Shown in pieces: positions 12,549 to 22,674 of a stretch of 53,349 nucleotides of DNA. The DNA is from Cyanobacteria bacterium J06626_4. Its GTDB lineage: Bacteria > Cyanobacteriota > Cyanobacteriia > Phormidesmidales > Phormidesmidaceae. The notes below the pieces were generated by a model. It was not told the origin of the DNA. It worked only from the letters and a program-made list of their open reading frames with translations, and ran no database searches. Within the stretch, counting starts at the first letter, position 1. Each line of letters opens with the position of its first letter. The position numbers were made by a program, and so were the translations under genes. The stretch covers positions 1 to 53,349 of the forward strand of contig JBCBJQ010000029.1 in assembly GCA_038523235.1 (NCBI GenBank), read 5' to 3'.

Positions 12549-13022
12549 CTACAGCAAATTGGGCACGTAGCTGGTAAATAGCCCCGTGTCGCCCTTAGCC
12601 ACAGTAATCACTGTTTTGACCCCACCACGACGGGTAAAGTCACCGATGACGCGCAATCCGACGGGAGCCAGTTCATTCCAAAGGCGATCGGCAATTTCGT
12701 TGGTGACCATTTCGTGGCTGATGCGGCGATCGCGATAGGTGTTGATGTAAAGCTTAAAAGCCTTCAGTTCGACGACCCAATCGCGGGGCTGATAGTCCAA
12801 CACGATGGTGCCAAAGTCGGGGTAGCCAGAACGCGGACAAAGCGCCGTATATTCTGGGTGCTCGATATGAATGGTGTAATCGTTATTGCTGTGGTTGGGC
12901 CACTTTTCGAGCGGCTCGGTCGCAGCCTGACGGATGGCCTGGTCGCCATACTGCTGCTCATTAGCAGGAGAGAGCGGCGCTTGATGAGTTTCAGAATTCA
13001 GAGAGGGAATCAGGGTAGTCAT
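12549..13022 (-). CDS. queF: PreQ1 synthase (7-cyano-7-deazaguanine reductase), unimodular
   Basis: EYTALCPRSGYPDFG, VELKAFKLYINTYRD, ISHE. Confidence 0.93.
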   Translation of the reverse strand: MTTLIPSLNSETHQAPLSPANEQQYGDQAIRQAATEPLEKWPNHSNNDYTIHIEHPEYTALCPRSGYPDFGTIVLDYQPRDWVVELKAFKLYINTYRDRRISHEMVTNEIADRLWNELAPVGLRVIGDFTRRGGVKTVITVAKGDTGLFTSYVPNLL

Positions 13023-13229
13023 CGTGACGTTTGCAGGTAGGGTGCACGCCTAGCCAGATTAATGACTCTAGCCAGACTGATACATCTTAAGCAAGGGGGT
13101 CGGCAATTTGACAGTGCAATGACACGATGCTTTATGCCATGCTCAGGGCTCGAACTCCCCGGGCAAGCTTAGCCATTAGCCGGGGGCAGCGAGGCATTCC
13201 AGCCGTACAGCCTCTCAAAATAATCGCTC

Positions 13230-13655
13230 CTAACCATCACGCTCTTCTAGCTGGGCCAGCACGCGATCGCGAAATTCTGGGTCAGTATTAGCCAATCCCA
13301 AGAGCTGAAAATAATCTTGCTGGGTCAAGCCGGAAGCTTTAATCAGGTCAATGGCATCCGTTTCGACCGTGCGCTCCAACTGTAGGGATTCCGCCTCGGT
13401 CTCAGCCCTTTGCAGGTCTTGGCCCCGCTCTTCGATCAGCTGGGTCACACTCAGGTAGGCCGAGACAAACTGATCCACCTTTTCGGCGGGAATATCGACA
13501 GCGCTAATGGCGGGTGTCGCGGTAGCCGGTTCAGAGGTCGAGACGGGTGCTTCATCCGCGATCGCCGGTAGACTCACCGTGAGCCACAGACAGCTACACA
13601 GCAAGAGTCCTAAACCTGTTTTGAGCAGACGTTTGAAACCATTGATACTTGGCAT
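13230..13655 (-). CDS. Exported DUF4168-like protein
   Basis: Signal peptide ending AIA; EKVDQFVSAYL...GLTQQDY...DPEFRDRV pattern; ATG 13655 avoids overlap with the M23 gene. Confidence 0.7.
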   Translation of the reverse strand: MPSINGFKRLLKTGLGLLLCSCLWLTVSLPAIADEAPVSTSEPATATPAISAVDIPAEKVDQFVSAYLSVTQLIEERGQDLQRAETEAESLQLERTVETDAIDLIKASGLTQQDYFQLLGLANTDPEFRDRVLAQLEERDG

Positions 13656-13755
13656 GGTGGTGAATGAAAGAATATGGGGCCTTGCATCCCCAGGATGTTC
13701 GAGGCGCTCAAGCCGCTGAAACCGCTGAGCTGAGACCGTCTTAGATTGAACGAGA

Positions 13756-14628
13756 TCAGTTCTCTGCACGCTTGGGTAGCTGCAAATAATAGCGAGGGTT
13801 GACCGGTTGGCCATTGTGGTGGACTTCGTAATGCAAGTGCGGCCCCGAAGAGCGCCCAGTGTTGCCTAACGCGCCGATCAAATCACCACGATTGACGCGA
13901 TCGCCGACCTTGACATCCAGTTTGGACAGGTGCGCATACAGCGTTTCGTAGCCATAGCCGTGATCGATAACAACATGGTTCCCGTAACCGCCAGAGCGTT
14001 CCGATTTCATGACCAGACCTTGAGCAGTCGCATAGACCGGTGTGCCAATCGCACCGCGAAAGTCAATACCACTGTGCATCTCATAACGCCGACCACCAAA
14101 CGGATTCCGCCGCAGGCCAAACTCTGAGGAAACGTCTAAGTCCTGCTTTAAGGGTTTGGCATTGGGCAACGACGCGGCCCGCGCCTGCTCTTCTGCCAGG
14201 GTGCTTTCCAGCGCCGGGCGGACTTGTCCCTCTAGCTCAGAGTCAATTTGGGGGAGTCGCGACTGTGCCAAGCTAAACAGCGCTTCAGCATTCACACTAC
14301 GGCTCACACCGCCCTGCGATGGCTCCACTTCAGTGCTCGATGGAGGCGTGCCATCAGCGGCTAAGCCCGCCCGCTGACGCAGATCCTTGACTTCAGAATC
14401 GAGGGTTTCTAGATCCACCAACACCTCGTTAGCCGTTTCGGTCAGAGTTTCGTTGCGCTCGGCCAGCCGTTCGTTATACCCCACGAGCTTGACCACCCAA
14501 ACGACGGGCAAAGCTGCCAACGCCAGCCCTAACATGACAATGGGGAAGGGGCGCAGGGTAATAGCAACGGGCGTTTCACCAGTTCGAGTAATCAAAATGG
14601 TGTAAGGACTTGGCAATCGAAAACGCAT
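13756..14628 (-). CDS. M23 family metallopeptidase
   Basis: TM helix and coiled coil, HSGIDF, YAHLS, GRSSGPHLHYEV. Confidence 0.93.
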   Translation of the reverse strand: MRFRLPSPYTILITRTGETPVAITLRPFPIVMLGLALAALPVVWVVKLVGYNERLAERNETLTETANEVLVDLETLDSEVKDLRQRAGLAADGTPPSSTEVEPSQGGVSRSVNAEALFSLAQSRLPQIDSELEGQVRPALESTLAEEQARAASLPNAKPLKQDLDVSSEFGLRRNPFGGRRYEMHSGIDFRGAIGTPVYATAQGLVMKSERSGGYGNHVVIDHGYGYETLYAHLSKLDVKVGDRVNRGDLIGALGNTGRSSGPHLHYEVHHNGQPVNPRYYLQLPKRAEN

Positions 14629-14832
14629 GTTTGCTTCCAGGGAACGAACAGGGAATCCACAAAATCAGCTGAAAATCTTAAGATTCTCACTAGATTCAAC
14701 CCAAGGATTATACGGGGATCGGCGTCAACAGGCAATTTTCCGTCTTGATTTGGGCAAACTGCTCTGATCGAGATCGCCCCCTTTCATGAGCGCATCCTTT
14801 AAGCTGTGAAGAGATGCAACGCTTGATACACC

Positions 14833-15615
14833 ATGTATGTAACTTGGTTCGACAACAATAGCTGGCTGTGGGAAATTGCCGATCAGCGCATTTTGGTTGA
14901 TCCCTGGCTGGTGGGGTCTTTGACATTTGGTAATGCCAGCTGGCTGTTCAAAGGGGAAAAGACGACTCCGCGCCCCCTGCCCGATGCCATTGACGCCATT
15001 TTGCTGAGCCAAGGCCTCGAAGACCACGCCCATCCAGAAACCTTGCGCGCGCTGGATCAGACGATTCCAGTCATCGGGTCGCCCAACGCCATTAAAGTGG
15101 TGCGCGAGTTGGGCTTCACCGACACGACGGTGTTAGAGCATGGACAAGAGCAGACCCTAGCAGGCGTCACCATTAAGGCCGTACCGGGGGCACCCATTGG
15201 CCCCACCCTGTTAGAAAATGGCTACATCGTCACCGAAGCGGCTACGGGCCTCAAGCTATTTTATGAGCCCCACGGCTATCACCAAGCTGACCTCAAAGCC
15301 GAAGCGCCAATCGACGTGGTGATTACGCCGATGATGAATTTGGCCTTGCCCCTAGTCGGGCCGATCATTCGGGGGAGCAAATGCGCGGCCGAACTAGCAG
15401 ACTGGCTACAGCCGCAAATCATGCTGCCGACCACCGATGCCCAAGAGACCGCCTACGAAGGGTTGCTGCTCTCAGTGCTCAAGGCATCGGGGGGGGCTCA
15501 ACAGGTGCGCGACCAGTTAGCCGCGGCGGGCAAATCGATTCAAGTCTTAGATCCGTCGGTGGGCGATCGCCAAGAACTGCCCCTCACGCCCCGCCCGGTG
15601 GTCGCCGAAGTCTGA
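14833..15615 (+). CDS. MBL-fold metallo-hydrolase
   Basis: ILVDPWL, LLSQGLEDHAH, YEPHG. Confidence 0.85.
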   Translation: MYVTWFDNNSWLWEIADQRILVDPWLVGSLTFGNASWLFKGEKTTPRPLPDAIDAILLSQGLEDHAHPETLRALDQTIPVIGSPNAIKVVRELGFTDTTVLEHGQEQTLAGVTIKAVPGAPIGPTLLENGYIVTEAATGLKLFYEPHGYHQADLKAEAPIDVVITPMMNLALPLVGPIIRGSKCAAELADWLQPQIMLPTTDAQETAYEGLLLSVLKASGGAQQVRDQLAAAGKSIQVLDPSVGDRQELPLTPRPVVAEV

Positions 15616-15631
15616 CCCCTAACGACCGGAA

Positions 15632-16132
15632 TTACCGACAGCCTAAGGAATCGCGGGTCTCAACGCCAGTGACGGGATTGGTGCCACTGGCGATCGCGCA
15701 TAAATCGCGCACCTGAGCGCGATCGAGCAGCGCACCCGAAAAGTCGGCACCGGTAATATCGACGTTGGCAAAGGTAGAGCGGAGCATGATGGTATCCACC
15801 AAAATGGCATCGCTCAAATCAGCCCGCGAAAAATCCGTCATGTCGAGCATGCCGGTCGAAAAATTGACGCCATGAAAGTTGGTGGCTCGGGCAACTGAGG
15901 CGCTAAAAATGGCCCCTCGGGCATCGGCCCCAGTAAAATCGGCTTCCGACAGGTTGGCATTCGAAAACTCGGCTGATTGAATCTCCCAGCCGCGAAAATC
16001 TCGGCCCCGCAGCTCCGCATTGCTAAACGAGAGCGGCGGCGGGTAGGTAGTGGCCTGAGCTAACACAGGCGTGGGCGTTAACAAAATGGCTAATCCTACC
16101 AGGCCCAGCAGCAAACGCTTCAACAAAGTCAT
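15632..16132 (-). CDS. Exported/lumenal pentapeptide repeat protein
   Basis: Signal peptide, A(D/N)(L/F)xx repeats, C-terminal LC..ASGTNPVTGVETRDSLGC. Confidence 0.92.
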   Translation of the reverse strand: MTLLKRLLLGLVGLAILLTPTPVLAQATTYPPPLSFSNAELRGRDFRGWEIQSAEFSNANLSEADFTGADARGAIFSASVARATNFHGVNFSTGMLDMTDFSRADLSDAILVDTIMLRSTFANVDITGADFSGALLDRAQVRDLCAIASGTNPVTGVETRDSLGCR

Positions 16133-16455
16133 ATTTTTTCGATAGGAATCTTTCGTCCATGCTAACGAGATTCGGCCTTAAATTAAATGATTCCTAACGG
16201 CGACAAGATGCCATCAGCCGCTACCATTGGGGCTGCCTCAATATTTTTTGGGGACAAAATCCACACTGGAGAAAGGCGGCGATCGCGCTCAGGGATCTGT
16301 GCTCAACGAATGTCCCCAAGACAGGCAATTTTCTGTAACGGTTGGACAGTGCCCCTTCCCTGTGATCGGGGAGGCTAGTTTGAGCCATTCCCTAAACGGC
16401 TGTTCCCCAACTATGCTCCGCCATCGGCTTGTCAACCAAGGATGATCAACGCACC

Positions 16456-17568
16456 ATGCAAATCGGGCTACCCAAAGAGATTAAAGACCAAGAATTTCGG
16501 GTGGGACTCACCCCTGCCAGTGTCAAAGCCCTGTGCAGTCAAGGTCATCAGGTATTCGTAGAAAAAGGCGCTGGCTTGGGAGCCGGGTTCACCGACGCCG
16601 ACTACGAAACCATGGGGGCTTCGCTGGTGGCGGATGGCGCCACAGCCTGGTCAAAAGCCCTCGTCGTCAAAGTCAAAGAGCCGCAACCGTCAGAATATCA
16701 GTATTTTCGGAAAGACTTGCTGCTATTTACCTACCTGCACCTAGCCGCTGAACGCGCGTTAACAGAGGCGTTGGTCAACAGTCACATCACCGCGATCGCC
16801 TATGAAACGGTGATGACCGCTGACGGCAGGCTGCCGCTACTGACCCCCATGAGCATCATTGCCGGACGGTTATCGGTGCAGTTTGGCGCGCGTTATCTCG
16901 AAAAGCAGCAGGGCGGGCGCGGGGTGCTGCTCGGGGGGGTACCAGGTGTGCCGCCGGGACGCGTCACCATTTTGGGCGGCGGCATTGTCGGCACCGAAGC
17001 CGCGCGCATTGCCGTGGGCATGGGGGCACAGGTGCAAATTCTCGACATCAACGTCGATCGCCTCTCTTATCTAGAAACGTTGTTTGGCTCCCGAGTTGAA
17101 CTGCTCTACAGCACGGCGGCGCAAATTGAGCGGGTGGTGCCGCAAGCCGATTTGCTCATTGGAGCGGTGCTGGTGCCGGGCCGCAAAGCGCCCACCTTGG
17201 TGAACAAAGATCTGGTGGCGCAAATGCATCCGGGGTCGGTAATTATCGACGTTGCGGTCGATCAAGGTGGCTGTATCGAAACGCTGCGCCCGACTTCTCA
17301 CACGAACCCCACCTATGTCGAAACCGGTGTCGTCCATTTCGGCGTACCGAATATGCCGGGAGCCGCGCCCTGGACGGCCACTCAAGCCCTCAACAACAGC
17401 ACGTTGCCCTATGTCATGAAGCTGGCCAATCACGGCTTAGCGGTGCTCAGGGGTGATCCCGCGCTGGCTCAGGGACTCAATGTAGTGGATGGCGAGATCG
17501 TTCATCCCGCCGTTCAAGACGTTTTTCCTGAGTTGGGCACGGCAGGAGTCGCTAACCTGGGATCTTAG
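16456..17568 (+). CDS. ald: Alanine dehydrogenase
   Basis: [52 protein letters not shown]. Confidence 0.96.
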   Translation: MQIGLPKEIKDQEFRVGLTPASVKALCSQGHQVFVEKGAGLGAGFTDADYETMGASLVADGATAWSKALVVKVKEPQPSEYQYFRKDLLLFTYLHLAAERALTEALVNSHITAIAYETVMTADGRLPLLTPMSIIAGRLSVQFGARYLEKQQGGRGVLLGGVPGVPPGRVTILGGGIVGTEAARIAVGMGAQVQILDINVDRLSYLETLFGSRVELLYSTAAQIERVVPQADLLIGAVLVPGRKAPTLVNKDLVAQMHPGSVIIDVAVDQGGCIETLRPTSHTNPTYVETGVVHFGVPNMPGAAPWTATQALNNSTLPYVMKLANHGLAVLRGDPALAQGLNVVDGEIVHPAVQDVFPELGTAGVANLGS

Positions 17569-17764
17569 GCATTGCAGTGCGGGAGGAGGGCGATGCGAGT
17601 CGATGTTCGTCCCTTTTGGAGCATGGGATGGATGTGCTGTCGTCACCAGCCGCGACTGCCCCAAACGGCAAGTTTCCTCCTGCTGAGGCGGTCAGGGTTC
17701 TCGCGAGCTGAGAGAGAGACATGGGAGCATCATCGAGATCGCCCCATCCTGTCCAACCATGTGG

Positions 17765-18145
17765 TCAAAGCTGGCTAAGTTCCACAATGTTGCCGTCGGC
17801 ATCTTGCGTAAACAGAGCGGCCCGACCCGACGCACTGAGCTGAATGGGATACTGATGCTCAATCAGGCGAGTTTTGATGGCGGCCAAATTATCCACCTGC
17901 AAAGCAATGTGGGGATTGCGGCCCCATTTGTCGGAACGCGGACAAGGCGCTTGCCACTCATCGTGTTGCATCAGATGAATTTGAAAATCGCCCACCTGAA
18001 ACCACAGGCCAGGGAACGTGAGCGATCGCGGTGCCGATTCCAGTCCGAGGATCTCGCCATAAAACACCGCTGCCCGAGCGAGATCGGTCACGAGTAGCGC
18101 CACATGCAGCGATCGCACAATAGCCGTCATAGCAGTTTCCTCCAT
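17765..18145 (-). CDS. VOC/glyoxalase family protein
   Basis: LHVALLVTDL, QIHL, GRNPHIAL, DADGNIVEL. Confidence 0.88.
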   Translation of the reverse strand: MEETAMTAIVRSLHVALLVTDLARAAVFYGEILGLESAPRSLTFPGLWFQVGDFQIHLMQHDEWQAPCPRSDKWGRNPHIALQVDNLAAIKTRLIEHQYPIQLSASGRAALFTQDADGNIVELSQL

Positions 18146-18213
18146 AGGACATAGCCCTAGCTTAGAGGCTCGACCATCGACACCGCTGGCCGGTCGTCAG
18201 CCAGCGATGGCAA

Positions 18214-19377
18214 TTAGTTGACCGCAATCGTGGCGAGCTGAGCCCCTTGATAGTAGTGGCCCAAAATTTGCTGATAGCTATAGCCCTGAGCCGCCATATT
18301 GTGAGCGCCCCACTGGCTCATGCCAATGCCGTGGCCGTATCCTCGTCCTGTAACCTGCACCGTGTCACCCGAAATCGCGATGGAAAAGAGCGTGCTTCTG
18401 AGACTCAGGGCCGTTCTCAAATCACTGCCGGTCATCACCCGCGCCCCGCGATCGCCCTCGACGCGAATTTCGCGCACTCGCCCCCGGGGCGTGGTGCTCT
18501 GGGGCGTCGCACTAAAGATGCGCCCGACGTCAGGCATCAGCTGGCTCAGCTCATCCACCGAGAAAGACTGGGTCCACTGAAAGACGGGCGCTCCGGCATC
18601 ATAGTCCTGCACGCCGCGCAGATAGGGCACCGCTTGGCTCCACACGTCTTCCACATTTTCGGTGTGCCCCCCCGAAGCCGAATGAAAGACCGCCTCAATC
18701 ACCTGACCGTTGTAGGTGAGCACCTGGTTGCGGGTCGCTTCGACAGCGGCGTGGGTACTCGGCGCTTCCGCCTCTAGCCCTTTGTAAACCTGCCAGCTGG
18801 TGGTAGTGCCCACGTCGTAGTGGGGGTTGCGGGCGCGCTGCCGCCGATACAACACGTAGGAACGCGCTGCCACCGCCTGTGATTTCAGCGCTTCAACGGG
18901 CCAGCTGGTGGGCATTTCACCACCCACAACGCTGTAGAGATACTGTTCCAAATCCACATAGTTGATCGCGGTGACACCACTGCCGCTAGACTGAACCAGC
19001 ACCCGACCGCGATACCAGCGATCGCCAATAAAGACATAGCCATCCGCCCCCGGCTCTACCCAAAAAGAGGTGCCCACAGCGTTAGCGGCTTTGATTTGAC
19101 TGCCCTGAGGTGACACGGTCAGCGATCGCCCTTGGGGCACTTGCGCGATCTGCTGCCCCTGCATGTCACGCACCAGCCCCGTGTTTGACGTGCCCACCAC
19201 CACTTGGCTGGCGTCTTCGCGAATCGCCACCCGCAGCTCCAAAGCCAGTGCCGGTAGCCCCCACAGGAGCCATAAAAAGACAGCCAGCCCCCCCACCGGT
19301 AAGAAGCGCCACCAAGTAGCCGCCTGACAACAGGTAGAGGAACGTGAGCGAGTGGGCAGGTAAGCCATTGTCTGCAT
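18214..19377 (-). CDS. SpoIID/LytB domain protein (lytic transglycosylase family)
   Basis: LEQYLYSVVGGEM, EALKSQAVAARSY, FHSASGGHTE, GYGHGIGMSQWGA; start codon uncertain. Confidence 0.9.
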   Translation of the reverse strand: MQTMAYLPTRSRSSTCCQAATWWRFLPVGGLAVFLWLLWGLPALALELRVAIREDASQVVVGTSNTGLVRDMQGQQIAQVPQGRSLTVSPQGSQIKAANAVGTSFWVEPGADGYVFIGDRWYRGRVLVQSSGSGVTAINYVDLEQYLYSVVGGEMPTSWPVEALKSQAVAARSYVLYRRQRARNPHYDVGTTTSWQVYKGLEAEAPSTHAAVEATRNQVLTYNGQVIEAVFHSASGGHTENVEDVWSQAVPYLRGVQDYDAGAPVFQWTQSFSVDELSQLMPDVGRIFSATPQSTTPRGRVREIRVEGDRGARVMTGSDLRTALSLRSTLFSIAISGDTVQVTGRGYGHGIGMSQWGAHNMAAQGYSYQQILGHYYQGAQLATIAVN

Positions 19378-19680
19378 CTGGTTAAACAATCAGTGAGCAA
19401 ATTCAGGATGCCATCCCCGAGCAACCGGGTGGCCATTTAGACGCCTACGCTAATGGCGCATAAACGCGACGAAAACTAGTGAGCTGGGCACTATCAATAG
19501 CGTTTTAAACACTCTCTAAAATCCTCGGAAACAGCGGATTTAATCAGCCCGTATCTCATCAAATTGACCATTAATTCAGGCATTTGCGCCCGATCCCGAT
19601 CAATTTTTCACAATAAATTAATCATCACAATAACATTTGAACGGGAACCTGAAACGCTAGATCACCGGCCGATTAAAAAA

Positions 19681-21033
19681 CTAAATCAAGCCAGCTGATT
19701 CATAGAGTCGTCGTAAGATGGCCATGATTTTAGCGCCGTACTCGGGGTCGGCATCCCAACGACCACTCAGGTCAGTCACGTTAGGGGCGACCCCTCGTCG
19801 CACAAAGCGAAACCGAGGATCGACGACCTCTTGCACCAGCGGTTCGGTGTTGCCATAGGCCTTGAGATGCTGAATGTGGGCGCGTACCCCCAGACGCGGA
19901 TCGTTAAAAGTAATGCCACCCTCAGCCCCCGACACCGCCCCAATACCGCCAAAATTGTTATCTTCAGGCCGCAAACTGCCAGAAAAGCGCAGGTATGACG
20001 TTTCTAGGCACATTTGACAAAAGGCCAAATCGTGATTGACGCCTTCGATCCCTCCTTCTTCTCGATAAAACCGAGGGAGGTCTTTATACGTCTGAGTGGC
20101 GCTGTCGTTGTTGCCCTGCAAAAACATCAGCATTTGGATATCAGAGGTAATCCCTTTGCCCATGATGCGTTCTAGCTGTTCAGCACAAATTTGTAGCGCA
20201 TTCAGCGTTTTCAGAGTAACGGTGCGAGTGGTCGCATCCCAGCCGATGGAAATGTTGTATTCCCGCAGATCGATCGCCTTGACATAAACGACCCCGCGAT
20301 AGCGCACTCGGCGCACATTGGGATCGTTGGCAATATCAACCCCTAACATATCGGCCAAATCGATGGGGACATAGGCATTGTTGTTGATGATGATGCCTTT
20401 TTCGTCATACAGACCGCCATTGACGCTGATATTGACTTCGGGAAAGCTCTGAACATCGCCGGAGTCACCGGCCACGGCGCGACTCCAAGAGGCGACGCCA
20501 TCGGCAATCCCGAGGGCGACATCGCGGCGGCGATTTTGAATCAGGCCCAGATCATCGGGATTGGTCAGATAGCCTACTTCCATCAGCAGCGAGGGACAGC
20601 CCAAGTTGCGGGTAAAGCTCAGACTGCCGGTGCCGGTGGTGGTGTCGGGCTTAGCGCCCCGACTCGGCAACTGCGGCACTCGCCGGAGTAGCGCTAGTAG
20701 TAGCAGCTCGGCATGAGATTTGCGCACCTCATTGTTGGCAATGTAAAACACGCTCGCGCCGCGAGCGCCAGGACTGCTAGCGGCACCGCCATGAATCTCC
20801 AGCGCCACATCATCTCGCTGGCAGCGGGTGTTGATCCATTTAAGGGTTTGCTCGTTGCTGAGGTCATCGGGCACGGCCAGAACGTCAAACCCCCGCGATC
20901 GCAGTTCGGGCACCACCAAATCGCGAATCCGGATCATCTCGGCAGCTTCGGTGGTGCCGGGCACCGTCACCCCCATATCGATCGACCCATCTTCGTTGCC
21001 GCCGTGTCCTGCCGAAATCAAAATCTTGCCCAT
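19681..21033 (-). CDS. tftA: Amidase_3 plus glucosaminidase-like protein, TftA-like
   Basis: ISAGHGG..E, ALEIH, LMEVG Zn-amidase residues; C-terminal AFCQMCLET..NNFGGIG..HIQHLKAY..DPRF..LSGRW; architecture matches Nostoc TftA as I recall it. Confidence 0.75.
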   Translation of the reverse strand: MGKILISAGHGGNEDGSIDMGVTVPGTTEAAEMIRIRDLVVPELRSRGFDVLAVPDDLSNEQTLKWINTRCQRDDVALEIHGGAASSPGARGASVFYIANNEVRKSHAELLLLALLRRVPQLPSRGAKPDTTTGTGSLSFTRNLGCPSLLMEVGYLTNPDDLGLIQNRRRDVALGIADGVASWSRAVAGDSGDVQSFPEVNISVNGGLYDEKGIIINNNAYVPIDLADMLGVDIANDPNVRRVRYRGVVYVKAIDLREYNISIGWDATTRTVTLKTLNALQICAEQLERIMGKGITSDIQMLMFLQGNNDSATQTYKDLPRFYREEGGIEGVNHDLAFCQMCLETSYLRFSGSLRPEDNNFGGIGAVSGAEGGITFNDPRLGVRAHIQHLKAYGNTEPLVQEVVDPRFRFVRRGVAPNVTDLSGRWDADPEYGAKIMAILRRLYESAGLI

Positions 21034-21529
21034 AACCGCTGCCCGATGCCCTAATAGACAGTTGAAGTCTAGGCAAGGATACCGCCAAATTCCGCTAGAG
21101 TGACAAATTTTGTGCCCAACATAGTGATCTCGCTCCCCATGCGGCGAACTCCCTTCCCTCCTTACCGTTTTTAGGCCAGCCTGCGGAGAATTCGGCTGAG
21201 CCAGGAAAACGGGATCGACTGCCAGATTTTGCAGGTCGTTATCGGGGGCTCTACTATCTGATTGTCATCTTCACCGGGTTTTGACTGCAGCTAATTGACC
21301 ACACTATCCGTTGAAATTAAGGCCACTTACAAGCGGCAAAAGCGGTCGGGGCGCGCTTGATATGAGGGTTATCAGACCAGATGGGGGGGGCAAGTGCCAC
21401 AACCTATCAAGCGTACGAAGACGAGTCTTTGAGGTTAAAAAATTGAAAAGAAATCTTTAGAATGGTAAATTCCCATAAGTGACGGTAAAACGTGACTTGA
21501 TTTCATTAATCCAAACGAGAACTCCCAAC

Positions 21530-22231
21530 ATGGTAGCGGCCTCTCCTTTTACACGATCGCCCAAGATCGTGAATGCCCGAAAAGAGAAGCGTATCGTGGC
21601 AATTGGCGACAGTCTGGTTTATGGCTACGGTGACCCTGAAGGAGGCGGTTGGGTTGAGCGTCTGAGACGTCAGTGGCTACAGCCAGAGTCCCCCGGCCAC
21701 GCCATCTACAATTTGGGGGTCAGGGCTGACACCGTACAGCGAGTATCTGATCGCCTCGTCCAAGAGTTTCAAACCCGTGGCGAGTTTAGAAACCGAGTGC
21801 CCGATCTGTTGCTGCTATCGGTCGGACTCAACGATACGGCGCGAGTCAGCAAACCGACCGGTCGTATTTGCACTGAATTTGAGGCTTTTCAAGCGCAAAC
21901 AGATGAGCTTTTAGCCGCCGCGACAGCGTTGTGCCCAGTGCTCTTTGTTGGCATGACGCCCGTCCTCGAAGAACGGATGCCTTTCGCAGAAGTGTTGCAC
22001 TACAATCACAGCGACCAAGCGCAATACAAAGAAGCCACTCAGCAAGCCTGTCAGCGACGAAATATTCCTTATTTAGACCTGTTTGACCTGTGGCTCAGTC
22101 GCGGCGAGAGTTGGTGGCGATCGCGCGTTTCGACCGATGGCCTGCATCCTAACGTGTTGGGCTATCGTTCTCTACTGGCCGATATCACGGCTTGGCCGAC
22201 GTTTCAGAACGCGATGGAGAATCCCGGCTAA
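21530..22231 (+). CDS. SGNH/GDSL esterase
   Basis: GDSLVYG, YNLGVR, VGLND, DGLHPN. Confidence 0.9.
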   Translation: MVAASPFTRSPKIVNARKEKRIVAIGDSLVYGYGDPEGGGWVERLRRQWLQPESPGHAIYNLGVRADTVQRVSDRLVQEFQTRGEFRNRVPDLLLLSVGLNDTARVSKPTGRICTEFEAFQAQTDELLAAATALCPVLFVGMTPVLEERMPFAEVLHYNHSDQAQYKEATQQACQRRNIPYLDLFDLWLSRGESWWRSRVSTDGLHPNVLGYRSLLADITAWPTFQNAMENPG

Positions 22232-22242
22232 AGCGTCGATAG

Positions 22243-22389
22243 TCAAGCGGGCAATTTAATGGCGATCGCGGGTGACTCGATGAGCAAAACCCAAAGCAGG
22301 GCCAACGCCAAAATGACTCCAGCTTTCACCGCCCACCTCAAGTAGCGATTCATCATTAGCTGAGGGCTCCGTGCGATCGAGGATGTCAT
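22243..22389 (-). CDS. Putative 48-aa single-TM small protein
   Basis: ATG 22389; basic residues followed by hydrophobic AGVILALALLWVLLI; stops 11 bp from the convergent GDSL gene. Confidence 0.4.
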   Translation of the reverse strand: MTSSIARSPQLMMNRYLRWAVKAGVILALALLWVLLIESPAIAIKLPA

Positions 22390-22674
22390 TATGCTGACAC
22401 TCGCTCGCTCCCGCTGGGTCGGTTGCCGCAGTTTGTGGCCTAGCCCAAAAATCAGCAACGACTTGAGACCGAGAGACGACGTGCGAAGCCTAGTTGTAGT
22501 CCATCCATTACGGTTGTCTTCTAGGGCGCATCATCAATTAGTCCCAGACCCTCTTGGGCACAAGCATGACCGCGTCCGCATCGACTCAACCAGCTAGGAG
22601 CTATCGGCCTGTTGCTGAAAGGATTTGGCCGCCCAATGATGACAGGCCCTAGCGCCTTCGAGCCTGCTGATGGC

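Noticed and set aside
13023..13229. PreQ1 riboswitch upstream of queF
   Set aside because: No recognisable preQ1-I hairpin with A-rich tail on the minus strand
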